Shown here piece by piece: positions 30,361 through 40,164 of a stretch of 64,000 nt of DNA. The position numbers were made by a program, and so were the translations under genes. Source of the stretch: a bacterium. GTDB lineage: Bacteria; UBA8248. The notes below the pieces were generated by a model, which was given only the letters and a program-made list of their open reading frames with translations, was not told the origin of the DNA and did not search any database. Each line of letters begins with the position of its first letter. The first letter of the stretch is position 1. The stretch spans positions 256,001 through 320,000 of the forward strand of contig CBDCRP010000003.1 of assembly GCA_965221165.1 (NCBI GenBank), written 5' to 3'.

Positions 30361-31410
30361 CTACCCCCCGATTTCCGCACGAACGATGGCCGCGCCTTGG
30401 GCCAAGGATTTGAGCTTGCCGAAAGCGGTGTCGCGCTCCATGTATTTCATGCCGCAATCCGGAGCGAGGATGAGCCGCTCGGGCGATACGTGCTCGAGCG
30501 CCGCCCGGATGCGCGCGGCGACCGTCTCGGGCGATTCGACGCCTGGGTCGCCGTTGTCGATGACGCCCAGGATGATGGTCTTGTCCGGCAGCTTCTCCAG
30601 CACGGCGAGGTCGATGCCCGGCTGGGCCGCCTCGATGGATATCTGATCGATGTCGCTCTCGTTCAACTCCGGAAGGAAGGAATAGGCGTCGGGCTTGCCG
30701 AGTCCCTGCCAGGCGTGGATGGCCGCGTAGCCGAAGCACATGTGGACGGCCGTGGTGCCCTCGACGCCTGCCAGCGCCTCGCCGAGCACTTCCAGGGCGA
30801 ATTCCTTGGCTATCTCCGCGCGCGCCTGCATGTAGGGCTCGTCTATCTGCACCACGTCGGCGCCTGCGGCGAACATGTCCCTCACCTCCTCGTTCACCGC
30901 GCGGGCGTAGTCGAGCGCCATCGCGCGCTGATCGCCTCCGTAGTAATCATCCTGCGCCTGCTGCGTCATGGTGAAAGGCCCCGGCAGGGTGATCTTGATG
31001 CGCCGCTCCGTGTTGGCGCGCAGAAACTCGACGTCGCTCACCTCGATGGGCGCCGGGCGGTGTATCTTGCCCATCACGCGGGGCACGGGGTTGTCCCGGC
31101 CCGAGCGGTCTTTCGCGAAGCCGTGGCGCTCGGTGTCGATGCCGCCCAGGGCCGTGGCCACGCGGTTCGAATAACTCTCGCGGCGCACCTCGCCGTCCGA
31201 GATGATGTCGATTCCCGCGCGCTCCATGTCGCGTATCGCGAGGAGGGTGGCGTCGTCCTGCGCGGCTTCCAGGAACTCCGGCGCGACTCGCCATATCTCC
31301 TCCGCACGCACGCGCGGCGGGAGGCGCGTGGTGAGATTATCGCGGTCGATGAGCCAGTCGGGCTGGGTGTAGCTGCCCACGACGGTGGTGGGCAGGAGTT
31401 TTTCGGGCAT
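30361..31410 (-). CDS. Cobalamin-independent methionine synthase II (MetE C-terminal-like) family protein
   Basis: TTVVGSY..P, DGEVRR, PGPFT, QIDEP, HMCFG, APDCG zinc ligands. Confidence 0.9.
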   Translation of the reverse strand: MPEKLLPTTVVGSYTQPDWLIDRDNLTTRLPPRVRAEEIWRVAPEFLEAAQDDATLLAIRDMERAGIDIISDGEVRRESYSNRVATALGGIDTERHGFAKDRSGRDNPVPRVMGKIHRPAPIEVSDVEFLRANTERRIKITLPGPFTMTQQAQDDYYGGDQRAMALDYARAVNEEVRDMFAAGADVVQIDEPYMQARAEIAKEFALEVLGEALAGVEGTTAVHMCFGYAAIHAWQGLGKPDAYSFLPELNESDIDQISIEAAQPGIDLAVLEKLPDKTIILGVIDNGDPGVESPETVAARIRAALEHVSPERLILAPDCGMKYMERDTAFGKLKSLAQGAAIVRAEIGG

Positions 31411-31500
31411 CGGGACTTCCTCCTCATGTCGCCGAAGCCGGCCCCGGCTCCGTGCGTCTCGAGCGCCACTGCGCGGCGACGCATTCCCCTCAAGAAAGTC

Positions 31501-32571
31501 TTACGGCTTCACCATCACGCGCATCACGCCGTCTTCTCTCGCCTTGAACATGCGCATCGCCTCGTTGAACTCATCGAGCGCGAACGTGTGGGTGAGCATC
31601 TTGTCGGTGGCGATATGGCCGTCTGTGATGACCCGGATCGCTCTCGGGTAGCAGTTGGGCGAGCCGCGCCCGCCGAATATGGCTATCTCGTCGAGCACGA
31701 TGCGGTCGGTGTTGAAGGACACCTCCTGGCCGCCGTTGATGCCTTCCAGCACCACGCGCCCGCCGCGCCGCGCCATGTCCACCGCCTGGCGCATCGTCTC
31801 GGGCGGGCCTGCGCACTCGATGACGAGGTCCACCCCGCGGCCGTCCGTCTCGCGCTTCACGACCTCGACGGGGTCTTCTTTCGTGATGTCGATGGCGCGG
31901 TCCGCGCCGAGTTCCTCCGCTATCCCTAAGCGATAGCCGCGCCCGGTGATGAAGGTTTTGGCCGCGCCCATCATCTTCACGAGTTGGAGCACCGAGAGGC
32001 CCAGGAGGCCGGGACCCAGGATCGCCACGGTGTCGGCGGGCTCTATGCCCGCGCGCTCGATGGCGTGGAGCGCGATGACGACCTGGTTCACGATCACCGC
32101 GTCTTCCCACTTCATGGATTCGGGCATCTTGTGGAGGTTGTTCGCCGGCGCGACGCCGTATTCGCTGAACGCGCCGTTCGCCGTGTGGCCCAGCAGCTTG
32201 TAGCCGCCGTCCGGCTTCGCGGCGTTCTCGCAGATGTGGTAGTCGCCCCGGATGCAGGTGGCGCACACGCCGCAGCCGACGGTCGGCTCCATGATGACGC
32301 GATCGCCTACCTGGAGAGAGGTCTTCGCGCTGCTTCCGATGGCGGCCACCTCCCCCGCCCACTCATGCCCCTGGACGAAGGGATAAAAGGGCGGCCACAT
32401 GGGGCGCATGTGCCCCTCGTAGATGTGGATGTCCGTGCCACAGATGCCGCAGGCGGCGACTTTGACCAGCACCTGGTCGGGTTCGTAATCCGGCACGGGA
32501 ATCTGCTCGATGCGCACCTCGTGCGCGTCATGCGTGACGGCAGCCTTCATGGTTTCTGGAACATCGCTCAT
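31501..32571 (-). CDS. Zinc-dependent alcohol dehydrogenase (threonine/sorbitol dehydrogenase-like MDR)
   Basis: CGICGTD, GHEWAG, CGVCATC...C structural zinc, GPGLLG. Confidence 0.92.
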   Translation of the reverse strand: MSDVPETMKAAVTHDAHEVRIEQIPVPDYEPDQVLVKVAACGICGTDIHIYEGHMRPMWPPFYPFVQGHEWAGEVAAIGSSAKTSLQVGDRVIMEPTVGCGVCATCIRGDYHICENAAKPDGGYKLLGHTANGAFSEYGVAPANNLHKMPESMKWEDAVIVNQVVIALHAIERAGIEPADTVAILGPGLLGLSVLQLVKMMGAAKTFITGRGYRLGIAEELGADRAIDITKEDPVEVVKRETDGRGVDLVIECAGPPETMRQAVDMARRGGRVVLEGINGGQEVSFNTDRIVLDEIAIFGGRGSPNCYPRAIRVITDGHIATDKMLTHTFALDEFNEAMRMFKAREDGVMRVMVKP

Positions 32572-32622
32572 CTCACTCCCCTCCTTCGTTTAAGAGGATA
32601 TTGATATTGTGTGGGTTCCGGT

Positions 32623-33267
32623 TCATCCCTTGGGGCTCATTTGCTGGACTTTCCTGTCGAGCCGCTGCATGTCGAACACGTCGTGCGAGCGGCAGTATCC
32701 GTTCCCCGCGAGCCTGCCCACGGGCCTGAGCAGAACGGGGTCGATATATTTTCCGTCTTCTATCATCACGTCCTCGCGCACGTGCCAGCGCACCACCTCG
32801 CCGATAATGACGTTCGTGAGGTGTTCGCGCCCGTTCGTGATGAGGTGGCGGAACTTACATTCCATGGCCACGGGGGCCTCGGCGATGCGCGGGGCCTTCA
32901 CCAGGTCGGAATCCACCGGCGTCAGGCCCGACTCTTCGAATTCGCTCACCTCGAAGGGGTAGTCGTCCGCGCAGATGTTCATCTGCTCCTCCAGGCCGTC
33001 CACCACGGTGTGGATGACGTAGCCTTGCGTCTCCATGATGTTGCGCGCCGTGTCCTTGTACGCTTTTTCGCGCACGCCCACCGATATCGAGAGCAGGGGC
33101 GGGTCGTGGCCCACGCAGGTGAAAAAGCTGAAGGGTGCGAGGTTCACGTAGCCCTCCGCGCTGATGGTGCTCACCCAGGCGATGGGCCTCGGCACGACGG
33201 AGCCGACGAGCAGGCGATAGTTCTGCCGCCAGTGGTTATCGGCGGGGTCGATGGTTTTGTATTTCAT
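32623..33267 (-). CDS. Flavin reductase-like (flavoredoxin) protein
   Basis: VVPRPIAWVST, NLAPFSFF, KDTARNI, VGRLAG..Y. Confidence 0.9.
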   Translation of the reverse strand: MKYKTIDPADNHWRQNYRLLVGSVVPRPIAWVSTISAEGYVNLAPFSFFTCVGHDPPLLSISVGVREKAYKDTARNIMETQGYVIHTVVDGLEEQMNICADDYPFEVSEFEESGLTPVDSDLVKAPRIAEAPVAMECKFRHLITNGREHLTNVIIGEVVRWHVREDVMIEDGKYIDPVLLRPVGRLAGNGYCRSHDVFDMQRLDRKVQQMSPKG

Positions 33268-33327
33268 GAGTCTTTCATGCTCCTGTCGATGTGAACCCAT
33301 GAGCGCGCTCATCACGCGCATGAAAAA

Positions 33328-33735
33328 TCAAACGGGCGGAGCGAGATGTTCCACCACCGTAAAACACGCCCCCTGCGGGTCCATGAGTCCCCCGATCCTC
33401 ATTTTGTCCTCGATTTCCAGGGTATCGAACGTCGATTGGGGCCCCAGACCCCTTGCTTTTTCGAGTGCTGCGCCCAGGTTCTCCACCTGAAAATACACCC
33501 CCCGGTGCGATGGCATCTCGCCCCTATCGGGCCGGATTTCGAGCATTCCTGCGCGCGGCTCCTCGCCGCTCATGAAAACCGTGTAGTCCCCGCCCACGGC
33601 GTTCGGCACGATGCTCGTCGTCCAGCCGAACAGGGAAGTGTAGAAATCCTTTGCGACGCCTGCGTCCCGCGCCACCAGGTCGGCCCGGCAGAAACTCCCC
33701 GGCGCGTATTCTTTCTGCTCTGACACGAATTTCAT
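33328..33735 (-). CDS. VOC/glyoxalase family protein, possibly degenerate
   Basis: PGSFC.ADL...D...AKDFY.SLFGW, VYFQV, DPQGA.F; GGAGG RBS. Confidence 0.75.
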   Translation of the reverse strand: MKFVSEQKEYAPGSFCRADLVARDAGVAKDFYTSLFGWTTSIVPNAVGGDYTVFMSGEEPRAGMLEIRPDRGEMPSHRGVYFQVENLGAALEKARGLGPQSTFDTLEIEDKMRIGGLMDPQGACFTVVEHLAPPV

Positions 33736-33899
33736 TCCTCCATTGATCACGGCGAACGACACGAACCCTATTCCTCACTTTAGAACGGCGAACAACGACC
33801 CGGCATGATGCCTTTCGCGAAAGGCCACTCAAAAACTGCTACAGCCCTCTGGGAGTCGGCGAAAAATCATAGCGCGAAGCGGTGGCGGCGAACAAGCGC

Positions 33900-36038
33900 T
33901 CAAACACCCTCGTCGTATTCATAGCGCAGGCCGTCGGGCTCATCGGGATCGGCGAGACGCGAGGCGGGGCCCGATGCTTCACCGCTTGCCTCCGGGGGTT
34001 CGATCGCCTCTTCTTCCAGCAGCCAGCGCTCATACAATTCCTCGGGCAATTCCTCCACATATCTCGAAAGCCTCGAGAACGCGCCCATCTTCCACGCCTC
34101 GCTCTCGAGCATGGGCTGGCACATGTAGAGTTCGTCCTTCGCCCGCGTGAGGGCGACGTAGAAAAGCCGCCTCTCCTCTTCTTCCCCCTCGGGGTCGGCC
34201 AGCGACCGCGTCGAGGGGAAGCGGGTGTCGGTGAGCCAGAGGAGGAACACCACCTTCCACTCGAGACCCTTCGCCTGGTGAACCGAGCTTAAGACGATGG
34301 ACTCATCCGGCCCCTCACGCTCATCAGGCGCGGAGGGTCCTGTGGCGGCGGCTGTTCCCATGAGCGCCAGTTCGGATAAAAACGCCGTCGTCGCCTCGTA
34401 CTGCATGGCGAATTCCGCGAGTTGGCGCACGTCCTCTATGCGCGCTTCGGCGTCGTCGAAAGTGTTCTCGACGTAATCCTGATAAAACCGATCAAGCACG
34501 AGGTTTATCATCTCCGTCGGCGGGAGGGCGGCTTTCTCGATCCCGGCGGCTGCGCGGGGCGCGCCCGTGAGATCGGCGACCAGCTTTCTGAAAACCTCAA
34601 AACCCTTGCGCGCGTTCCTGGGGAGGGAACCCACCCCGCCGCGCGCGAGAAACAAGAAGGGCTCCGCCTGCGCCCTCACCTGCTCCCAGACCCTGTGCGC
34701 CGTCACGTCCCCTACCCCGGGAAGGAGCTTGAGCGCGCGCTTCCAGGCCAATTCGTCCGCAGGGGAGGTCACCAGCCTGAGAAACGCAGTGACGTCCTTG
34801 ATGTGGCGCTGCTCGAAAAAGCGCAGCCCGCTCCTGATCTCGAAGGGAATCCCCCGGCGCGTGAGCTCCATCTGAAGCTCCATGGAGTGGTAGTGCGCCC
34901 GGTAGAGCACCGCGATCTGGGAGAGCGGCACGTCATCCTCATCGCGCAGCGCCAGCGTTCGGTCGACCACGAAGTCGGCCTGTTGCATGGCGTCGCGCGC
35001 GGCCACGAGAGCGGGCTTCATTCCCTCGCCGCGAGAGGTTTTCAGGTTTTTCTTGAACTGCCGTTTGTTGTGGACGATGGAGGCGTTGGCAAGCGCCAAT
35101 ATGGAGGCCGTGCTCCTGTAGTTTTCCTCCAGGCGAAAGAGCCTGGCGTCTGGGTATCGCTCGGGAAAAGTGATGATGTTCTCGAAATGCGCGCCCCTGA
35201 AACTATAGATGCTCTGCGCGTCGTCCCCCACCACGGTGACGTTTTTCAGCTCTCCGGCCAGATGGTCCACCAGGTCGGCCTGCACCTTGTTGGTGTCCTG
35301 GTATTCATCCACGAGGATGTAGCGAAAACGCGCCTGGAGTTCTCTGCGCACCTCCTCGTGTTCGGCGAGTAAATCCCGCGTCAGCCTGAGGAGGCCTGAG
35401 AAATCCACCGCCTGAATCTCTTTTTTACGCTTCTCATAATGGACGGCGATTTGCTCTATCTCGCCCAGGCGGTTCGCCAGGTATGAATACCGGCCCAGCA
35501 CCGTCTCCGCAACGCCGCGATCGGTATCGGCGGCGAGGGCGAAGATCGACTCCAGAACGCGGCCTCTCGGGAAATACTTGTCCTTCGGGTCGAACCCCGC
35601 GAGGCGAACGCACTCGGTCACCAGGTCGGCTGCGTCCTCACGGTCCAGTATCGTGAAATTCGGCCCGTAGCCGATGAGTTCTCCATACCGCCTCAGTATT
35701 AAATTCCCCACGTGGTGAAACGTGCCGCCCCACACGCGCCGCGCGTCCGTCTGGATGAGGGAGGCGGCGCGGTGGAGCATCTCGCGCGCCGCTTTGTTCG
35801 TGAAGGTGACGAGGAGGATGGATTCGGGCGCGACGCCGTCTTCCACCAGGCGCGCGAGGCGGTAGGTGATGGTGTGCGTCTTGCCGCTGCCCGCGCCCGC
35901 GATGACGAGAAGCGGGCCCTCGCCCGCCATCACGACTTCCAGTTGCCGGGGGTTGAGCTTTTCTTCATACGCCTTGCGTTGCGCAGGCGATGGCGCGGGG
36001 CGTTTGAGCGTGTATGTCCTGTGCTCTCTCGCACTCAT
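33900..36038 (-). CDS. UvrD/PcrA/Rep superfamily 1 DNA helicase
   Basis: AGAGSGKT, TFTNKAA, VDEYQD, GDDAQSIYSFRGA, NYRS, HQAKGLE, EERRLFYVALTRA. Confidence 0.95.
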   Translation of the reverse strand: MSAREHRTYTLKRPAPSPAQRKAYEEKLNPRQLEVVMAGEGPLLVIAGAGSGKTHTITYRLARLVEDGVAPESILLVTFTNKAAREMLHRAASLIQTDARRVWGGTFHHVGNLILRRYGELIGYGPNFTILDREDAADLVTECVRLAGFDPKDKYFPRGRVLESIFALAADTDRGVAETVLGRYSYLANRLGEIEQIAVHYEKRKKEIQAVDFSGLLRLTRDLLAEHEEVRRELQARFRYILVDEYQDTNKVQADLVDHLAGELKNVTVVGDDAQSIYSFRGAHFENIITFPERYPDARLFRLEENYRSTASILALANASIVHNKRQFKKNLKTSRGEGMKPALVAARDAMQQADFVVDRTLALRDEDDVPLSQIAVLYRAHYHSMELQMELTRRGIPFEIRSGLRFFEQRHIKDVTAFLRLVTSPADELAWKRALKLLPGVGDVTAHRVWEQVRAQAEPFLFLARGGVGSLPRNARKGFEVFRKLVADLTGAPRAAAGIEKAALPPTEMINLVLDRFYQDYVENTFDDAEARIEDVRQLAEFAMQYEATTAFLSELALMGTAAATGPSAPDEREGPDESIVLSSVHQAKGLEWKVVFLLWLTDTRFPSTRSLADPEGEEEERRLFYVALTRAKDELYMCQPMLESEAWKMGAFSRLSRYVEELPEELYERWLLEEEAIEPPEASGEASGPASRLADPDEPDGLRYEYDEGV

Positions 36039-36300
36039 CTTAATACTCTCTGGTGGAGTTCAGGCCCGGAGCCATCGTCCAGTAATGCGCGAATAGATAT
36101 CTCATCTGCCCGATTCATATTCTCTCATGGGGCTTCACGCCGGGCATCCTCCGGCGATGCGCGGATGAGGCCTGGCGACATTGATTTCAGCACCTTAACG
36201 CTTATTGGTGAAACGGCCCAACTACCCATCCGGTTGACAGGCGAACGGCTCCAAAGATAAGGTGTGTCCATACACAAACATCACAGGCTGGAGCGTTCTG

Positions 36301-36492
36301 ATGGGCGGATACCAGACATTCCTCGACGGAGCGGCGCTGGGCTTTTTCCTGGGTTTCATCGCCTGTTATCTGCTGCACCGCTACATGGCGTCGAAGCGGA
36401 AAAAACCAAAAACCGAGGTCGACCACCTCGTAGATGACATTCAGGACTACTACCGGAACGTCTCCGACCCCGAAGGCAAGGACTACGACTGA
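36301..36492 (+). CDS. Small single-pass membrane protein
   Basis: 63 aa; hydrophobic GAALGFFLGFIACYLL followed by basic SKRKKPK; GGAG upstream. Confidence 0.6.
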   Translation: MGGYQTFLDGAALGFFLGFIACYLLHRYMASKRKKPKTEVDHLVDDIQDYYRNVSDPEGKDYD

Positions 36493-36534
36493 GCCGCGTG
36501 CTCACCCCGCGCCGGCGACCTCGCGGTCGCCACT

Positions 36535-37191
36535 TCAAATATAGGGCAAATACGAATTTCGCTCCGAGACGGGCGCGTCCTGAAGGTGCGCCAGCGAATT
36601 CATCGTCACGACGCTCCAGCCCCGCTCGGGCGAATGCTCGATGATGTTCATGGCGGCATTGTGCTGACGTATCCGTCTGAAGCCGTTGAGCTCCACGCCC
36701 AGAATCCTGCACAGGATCATGATGATCGCCAGATTGTGGCTCACCGCGGCGATAGTCTCGTTTTCGTGCGCCGCCAGGAACCGTCCCATCGCGGCCCATG
36801 CCCTCTCTTGTAACTCCGCGAGATTCTCGCCTCCGGGCATACGCGCTTCTGCGGGATAGTTCCGCCACACGTGCATGAAATCGGGGTGCGTCTCTGGAAG
36901 CCGGCGAAAGGCCTCCCCCTCGAGTTCGCCCTGGTTCAGCTCGGCGATGCCCGCCTCCTCGAACAAGGGCGCATCGAGGGCTTGCGCGACGATCTCGGCG
37001 GTGCGCCTCGCGCGCCTCAGCGGACTCGCGTAGACGCAGGCGATCGGACGCCCGCGCAGCGTGCAGGCGAGCGCTTCGGCCTGCGTGACGCCCACGTCGT
37101 TGAGCGCGGTGTCGGAAACACCCTGTATGCGCTGCTCGACGTTCCAGTCCGTCTCGCCGTGTCGCAAGAGATAAAGAAGCAAAGCGGTCAA
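36535..37191 (-). CDS. Histidine phosphatase family protein (GpmB/CobC-like)
   Basis: LRHGET.WN, SPL.RA..TA, PGGE, VSH. Confidence 0.92.
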   Translation of the reverse strand: MTALLLYLLRHGETDWNVEQRIQGVSDTALNDVGVTQAEALACTLRGRPIACVYASPLRRARRTAEIVAQALDAPLFEEAGIAELNQGELEGEAFRRLPETHPDFMHVWRNYPAEARMPGGENLAELQERAWAAMGRFLAAHENETIAAVSHNLAIIMILCRILGVELNGFRRIRQHNAAMNIIEHSPERGWSVVTMNSLAHLQDAPVSERNSYLPYI

Positions 37192-37226
37192 ACTCCGGTG
37201 GGGGCGACGCCCGGGCGAGGGTCGCC

Positions 37227-37790
37227 TTAGTTGTTGTCCTCTTTCAAGAAATCATCGGGCTTCAAGTCCTTGAGCCACTCCTTGATGTCCTCGGGCTCCT
37301 CCTCGACCGGCTTGTCCGCATCGGGGGGCTTGTCCTCCCTGTTGCGCGCCTCCACTCCGGAGACGCCCTCTTTGATTTCCTCTTCGTTGAACTGGATGCT
37401 CTTCGCCTCCTCGAGCACCTTCTCCTCCACGAATATCGGGCTGCCCATGCGAAGGGCCACGGCGATGGCGTCCGAGGGCCTCGAGTCGACGACGAATTCC
37501 GAGCCGTTCATGGAGAGATGAATCTCGGCGAAAAAGGTATTGTCCCTCAAGTCGTTGATGAGGATTTTATCCACCCGGCCTTTGATGTCGTTGATCAGGT
37601 TCTTGATCAAATCGTGGGTCATCGGACGCGGCGTCTCGAAGTTCTCGATCTCGCGCGCGATGGCGTGCGCCTCGAAAATGCCCACCCAGATGGGCAGTGC
37701 GCGATCACCCTCGGTCTCGCGCAGAACCACAATCGGCACATTGGTGTGCGGATCGAGCGTGAGGCCCTTGACTTTCATCTCGATCATCAT
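37227..37790 (-). CDS. Bifunctional nuclease (DUF151) family protein
   Basis: LPIWVG.FEA.AI, PRPMTHDL, DSRPSDAIAVALR. Confidence 0.92.
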   Translation of the reverse strand: MMIEMKVKGLTLDPHTNVPIVVLRETEGDRALPIWVGIFEAHAIAREIENFETPRPMTHDLIKNLINDIKGRVDKILINDLRDNTFFAEIHLSMNGSEFVVDSRPSDAIAVALRMGSPIFVEEKVLEEAKSIQFNEEEIKEGVSGVEARNREDKPPDADKPVEEEPEDIKEWLKDLKPDDFLKEDNN

Positions 37791-39214
37791 TCGTCTTCCT
37801 CCATCACCACGGCGCTTGGCGACGATACTCCGGCCAAAGAGTGAATGCCACCCCTCATGATTTTCACCTCGACCAACTCCCCGGGCGCAGGCGTAAAACC
37901 CTCTGCGTATAATTGTACCCTGTGATTGCCTCGGCTGCGACCCGCAAACCAGTTCGGAGCCGACTCATCCCCCACCTCCGGGCAGCCGGCGCATCCGGCG
38001 GGCGCGCTTTTGGGCGTCACCGACCGCTCGACCATCACCTCCTGCACACTCCCGACGAGTTCTGCATGCAGGCTTTCCGTCATCTCGCGCTGCACCCGGC
38101 TCGCCTCCTCGAAGCGCTCGGAGAGCGCCTCTTCGGGAAGCGTACCCTCCATGTCGAAGGCGGGCGTTCCGGGCCGGGGGGAGTATTTGAACATATAGAT
38201 GTTGTCGTAGCGCGCCTCGCGCAAAACGCGGAGCGTACCCTCGAAATCCTCTTCCCGCTCGCCGGGAAAACCGATGATGACGTCCGAAGTCAACACCCCG
38301 TTCTTCACGCGCTCCCTGAACAGGGAGACTTTTTCAAGATATTCTTCCGCCGTATATCCGCGCTCCATGCGCGCGAGCACCGGGTTCGCCCCCGATTGCA
38401 CCGGCAGGTGGAGGTGTTCGCACACCTTGGGGGATTTCCCCATGGCGTCGACCATATCCTCATCGCAATCCTTGGGATGCGACGTCATGAAGCGGATGCG
38501 TTCGAGCCCGTCCACGTCGTTCAGGCGCCTGAGCAGCCCGCCGAAGGTAAGATCGTCCGGGGATTTGCGGCCATAGGAGTTCACGTTCTGGCCCAGGAGC
38601 GTGACCTCGCGAAACCCCTCGGCCACCGCGCGTTCGACCTCGTCCACGATGAGTTCGCTCGGCTTGCTCCACTCGGGCCCGCGCGTGTAGGGCACGACGC
38701 AGAAGGTGCAGAAATTATCGCACCCGCGCGCGATGCTCACGAAGGCGTTCAGGCCGCCGCCGCGGACCATCGGCGCGAGTTCGGTGAAATCAGGCGCGAT
38801 AGGCGCGGTATCCACCACGCGCCTCTCCTCCATCTCCTCCAAAAGCATCGGGAGTTTGGCGATGTTCTGGGTGCCGAAGACGAGGTCGACCGCTTTCCCG
38901 CGCTTCGCAATCGCCTCCCCGTCGCGCGTGGCGAAACAGCCGCACACGCCGACTTTGAGGGCGGGGTTTGATTTCTTGAGCTTATCGAGGCGCCCGATTT
39001 GGCTATAGACCTTCTGCTCCGCCTTGTCGCGGATGGAGCAGGTGTTCAGCAGAATCAGATCGGCCGCCTCGTTCGATTCGGTCTCCTCGTACCCCTCCGC
39101 TTGGAGATACCCGGTGATGGTCTCCGTATCGTAGCGATTCATCTGGCAGCCGTATGTGAAAATCTTGAACTTCTTGCTCAAAGCGCGCTCCCCGTCGTGT
39201 TCCCGGTCCGGCAA
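37787..39214 (-). CDS. miaB: tRNA-i6A37 methylthiotransferase
   Basis: TYGCQMN, NTCSIR.KAE, radical SAM CDNFCTFC, LLGQNVNSYG, YSPRPGT, TRAM domain. Confidence 0.95.
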   Translation of the reverse strand: MPDREHDGERALSKKFKIFTYGCQMNRYDTETITGYLQAEGYEETESNEAADLILLNTCSIRDKAEQKVYSQIGRLDKLKKSNPALKVGVCGCFATRDGEAIAKRGKAVDLVFGTQNIAKLPMLLEEMEERRVVDTAPIAPDFTELAPMVRGGGLNAFVSIARGCDNFCTFCVVPYTRGPEWSKPSELIVDEVERAVAEGFREVTLLGQNVNSYGRKSPDDLTFGGLLRRLNDVDGLERIRFMTSHPKDCDEDMVDAMGKSPKVCEHLHLPVQSGANPVLARMERGYTAEEYLEKVSLFRERVKNGVLTSDVIIGFPGEREEDFEGTLRVLREARYDNIYMFKYSPRPGTPAFDMEGTLPEEALSERFEEASRVQREMTESLHAELVGSVQEVMVERSVTPKSAPAGCAGCPEVGDESAPNWFAGRSRGNHRVQLYAEGFTPAPGELVEVKIMRGGIHSLAGVSSPSAVVMEEDE

Positions 39215-39381
39215 CCCGTTTTGCGATACACTTTATCGATGCCGGCCCTCAAGAGATTCTTGCGGGTCATATTGCGAGGGCGCGTTTTCGATGTCAACTT
39301 ACAAGATGGAAAAGACGCACCGATTCTGATAAGGCTGTCGAGGGTTTACGCTTTCGTTTCTCTTCAAAATCGAGAATTCCC

Positions 39382-39945
39382 ATGCGCGTGGTTTGTTTTC
39401 ATGGAAGACGGGAAATCGGCGGAGAGAGTCTTTTTCTGGGCGCGGCGCGCATCTTCGCCGAAGCGGCCAACCGCGCGGGGCTTTCGGCCCAGGTGCGCAC
39501 GCCCGGCTTCCCCTCGCCCCCGGGCTCGCCCGACAGGGCTGTGGTGAAGATTTCTGAAGAACAACTCGCCGACCTCGCCATCCCGGCGGACTATGATCTC
39601 GAAATCGTCTGCGACCCCCACCTCGCCGTCGTACCCCCCATGGGGGGCGCCCTCAAAAAACCCGGCGGCGTACTCGTCCTCAACACAAAAAACGCCACCC
39701 AAAGCGCGGATATCCGCATCGCATCGGTGGATTTGGACGCCATCGGCTCAAAACACGCCGCAGCCCCCGAGGCGGCGCACCTGGGCGCGGCCCTGGCCGC
39801 CTGGGAGGAGTTCGAGAGAGGGGTTTCCGCTCAAAACCTCATCGAGGCGTATCGCGAAATTCAAGGGAAACCCATGCGCGAGGCGGAAGAGGCGGCGCTG
39901 GCCGAAGCCGCTTGGATGGTGAGAAGAGCGTTGAGCGACGGGTAG
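39382..39945 (+). CDS. Divergent 2-oxoacid:ferredoxin oxidoreductase gamma-subunit-like protein
   Basis: Order FHGR..GG, A..FA.AA...G, A.VKIS...., D..IV.DP.L, LK.PGGVLVLN resembles PorC/KorG. Confidence 0.55.
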   Translation: MRVVCFHGRREIGGESLFLGAARIFAEAANRAGLSAQVRTPGFPSPPGSPDRAVVKISEEQLADLAIPADYDLEIVCDPHLAVVPPMGGALKKPGGVLVLNTKNATQSADIRIASVDLDAIGSKHAAAPEAAHLGAALAAWEEFERGVSAQNLIEAYREIQGKPMREAEEAALAEAAWMVRRALSDG

Positions 39946-40164
39946 CGAGAATTCGGCTTGAGCGAGAGGCGATTTTTCGCCCGGCATCCACCCTTTTTTT
40001 ACTTAATCCGCCCGTTTTCCGTTGACCGCCCCTCGGCGCAAAGTGTAGTTTGTGCGCGTCATAACCCCGCCCCGGAACGAGAAGAGAGCGCCCGACACAT
40101 TTTCGGCGCGCCCAAGCGCGGTTTTCACCATCGACACCCGCCCCAAGGAAAACGGAAAACCCGG

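Noticed and set aside
30148-31929. 593-aa plus-strand ORF and similar long antisense ORFs (e.g. 1094..2188, 23424..24521, 44146..45195, 47312..48406, 52304..53344)
   Set aside because: Shadow frames opposite well-supported genes in high-GC DNA; no recognisable motifs
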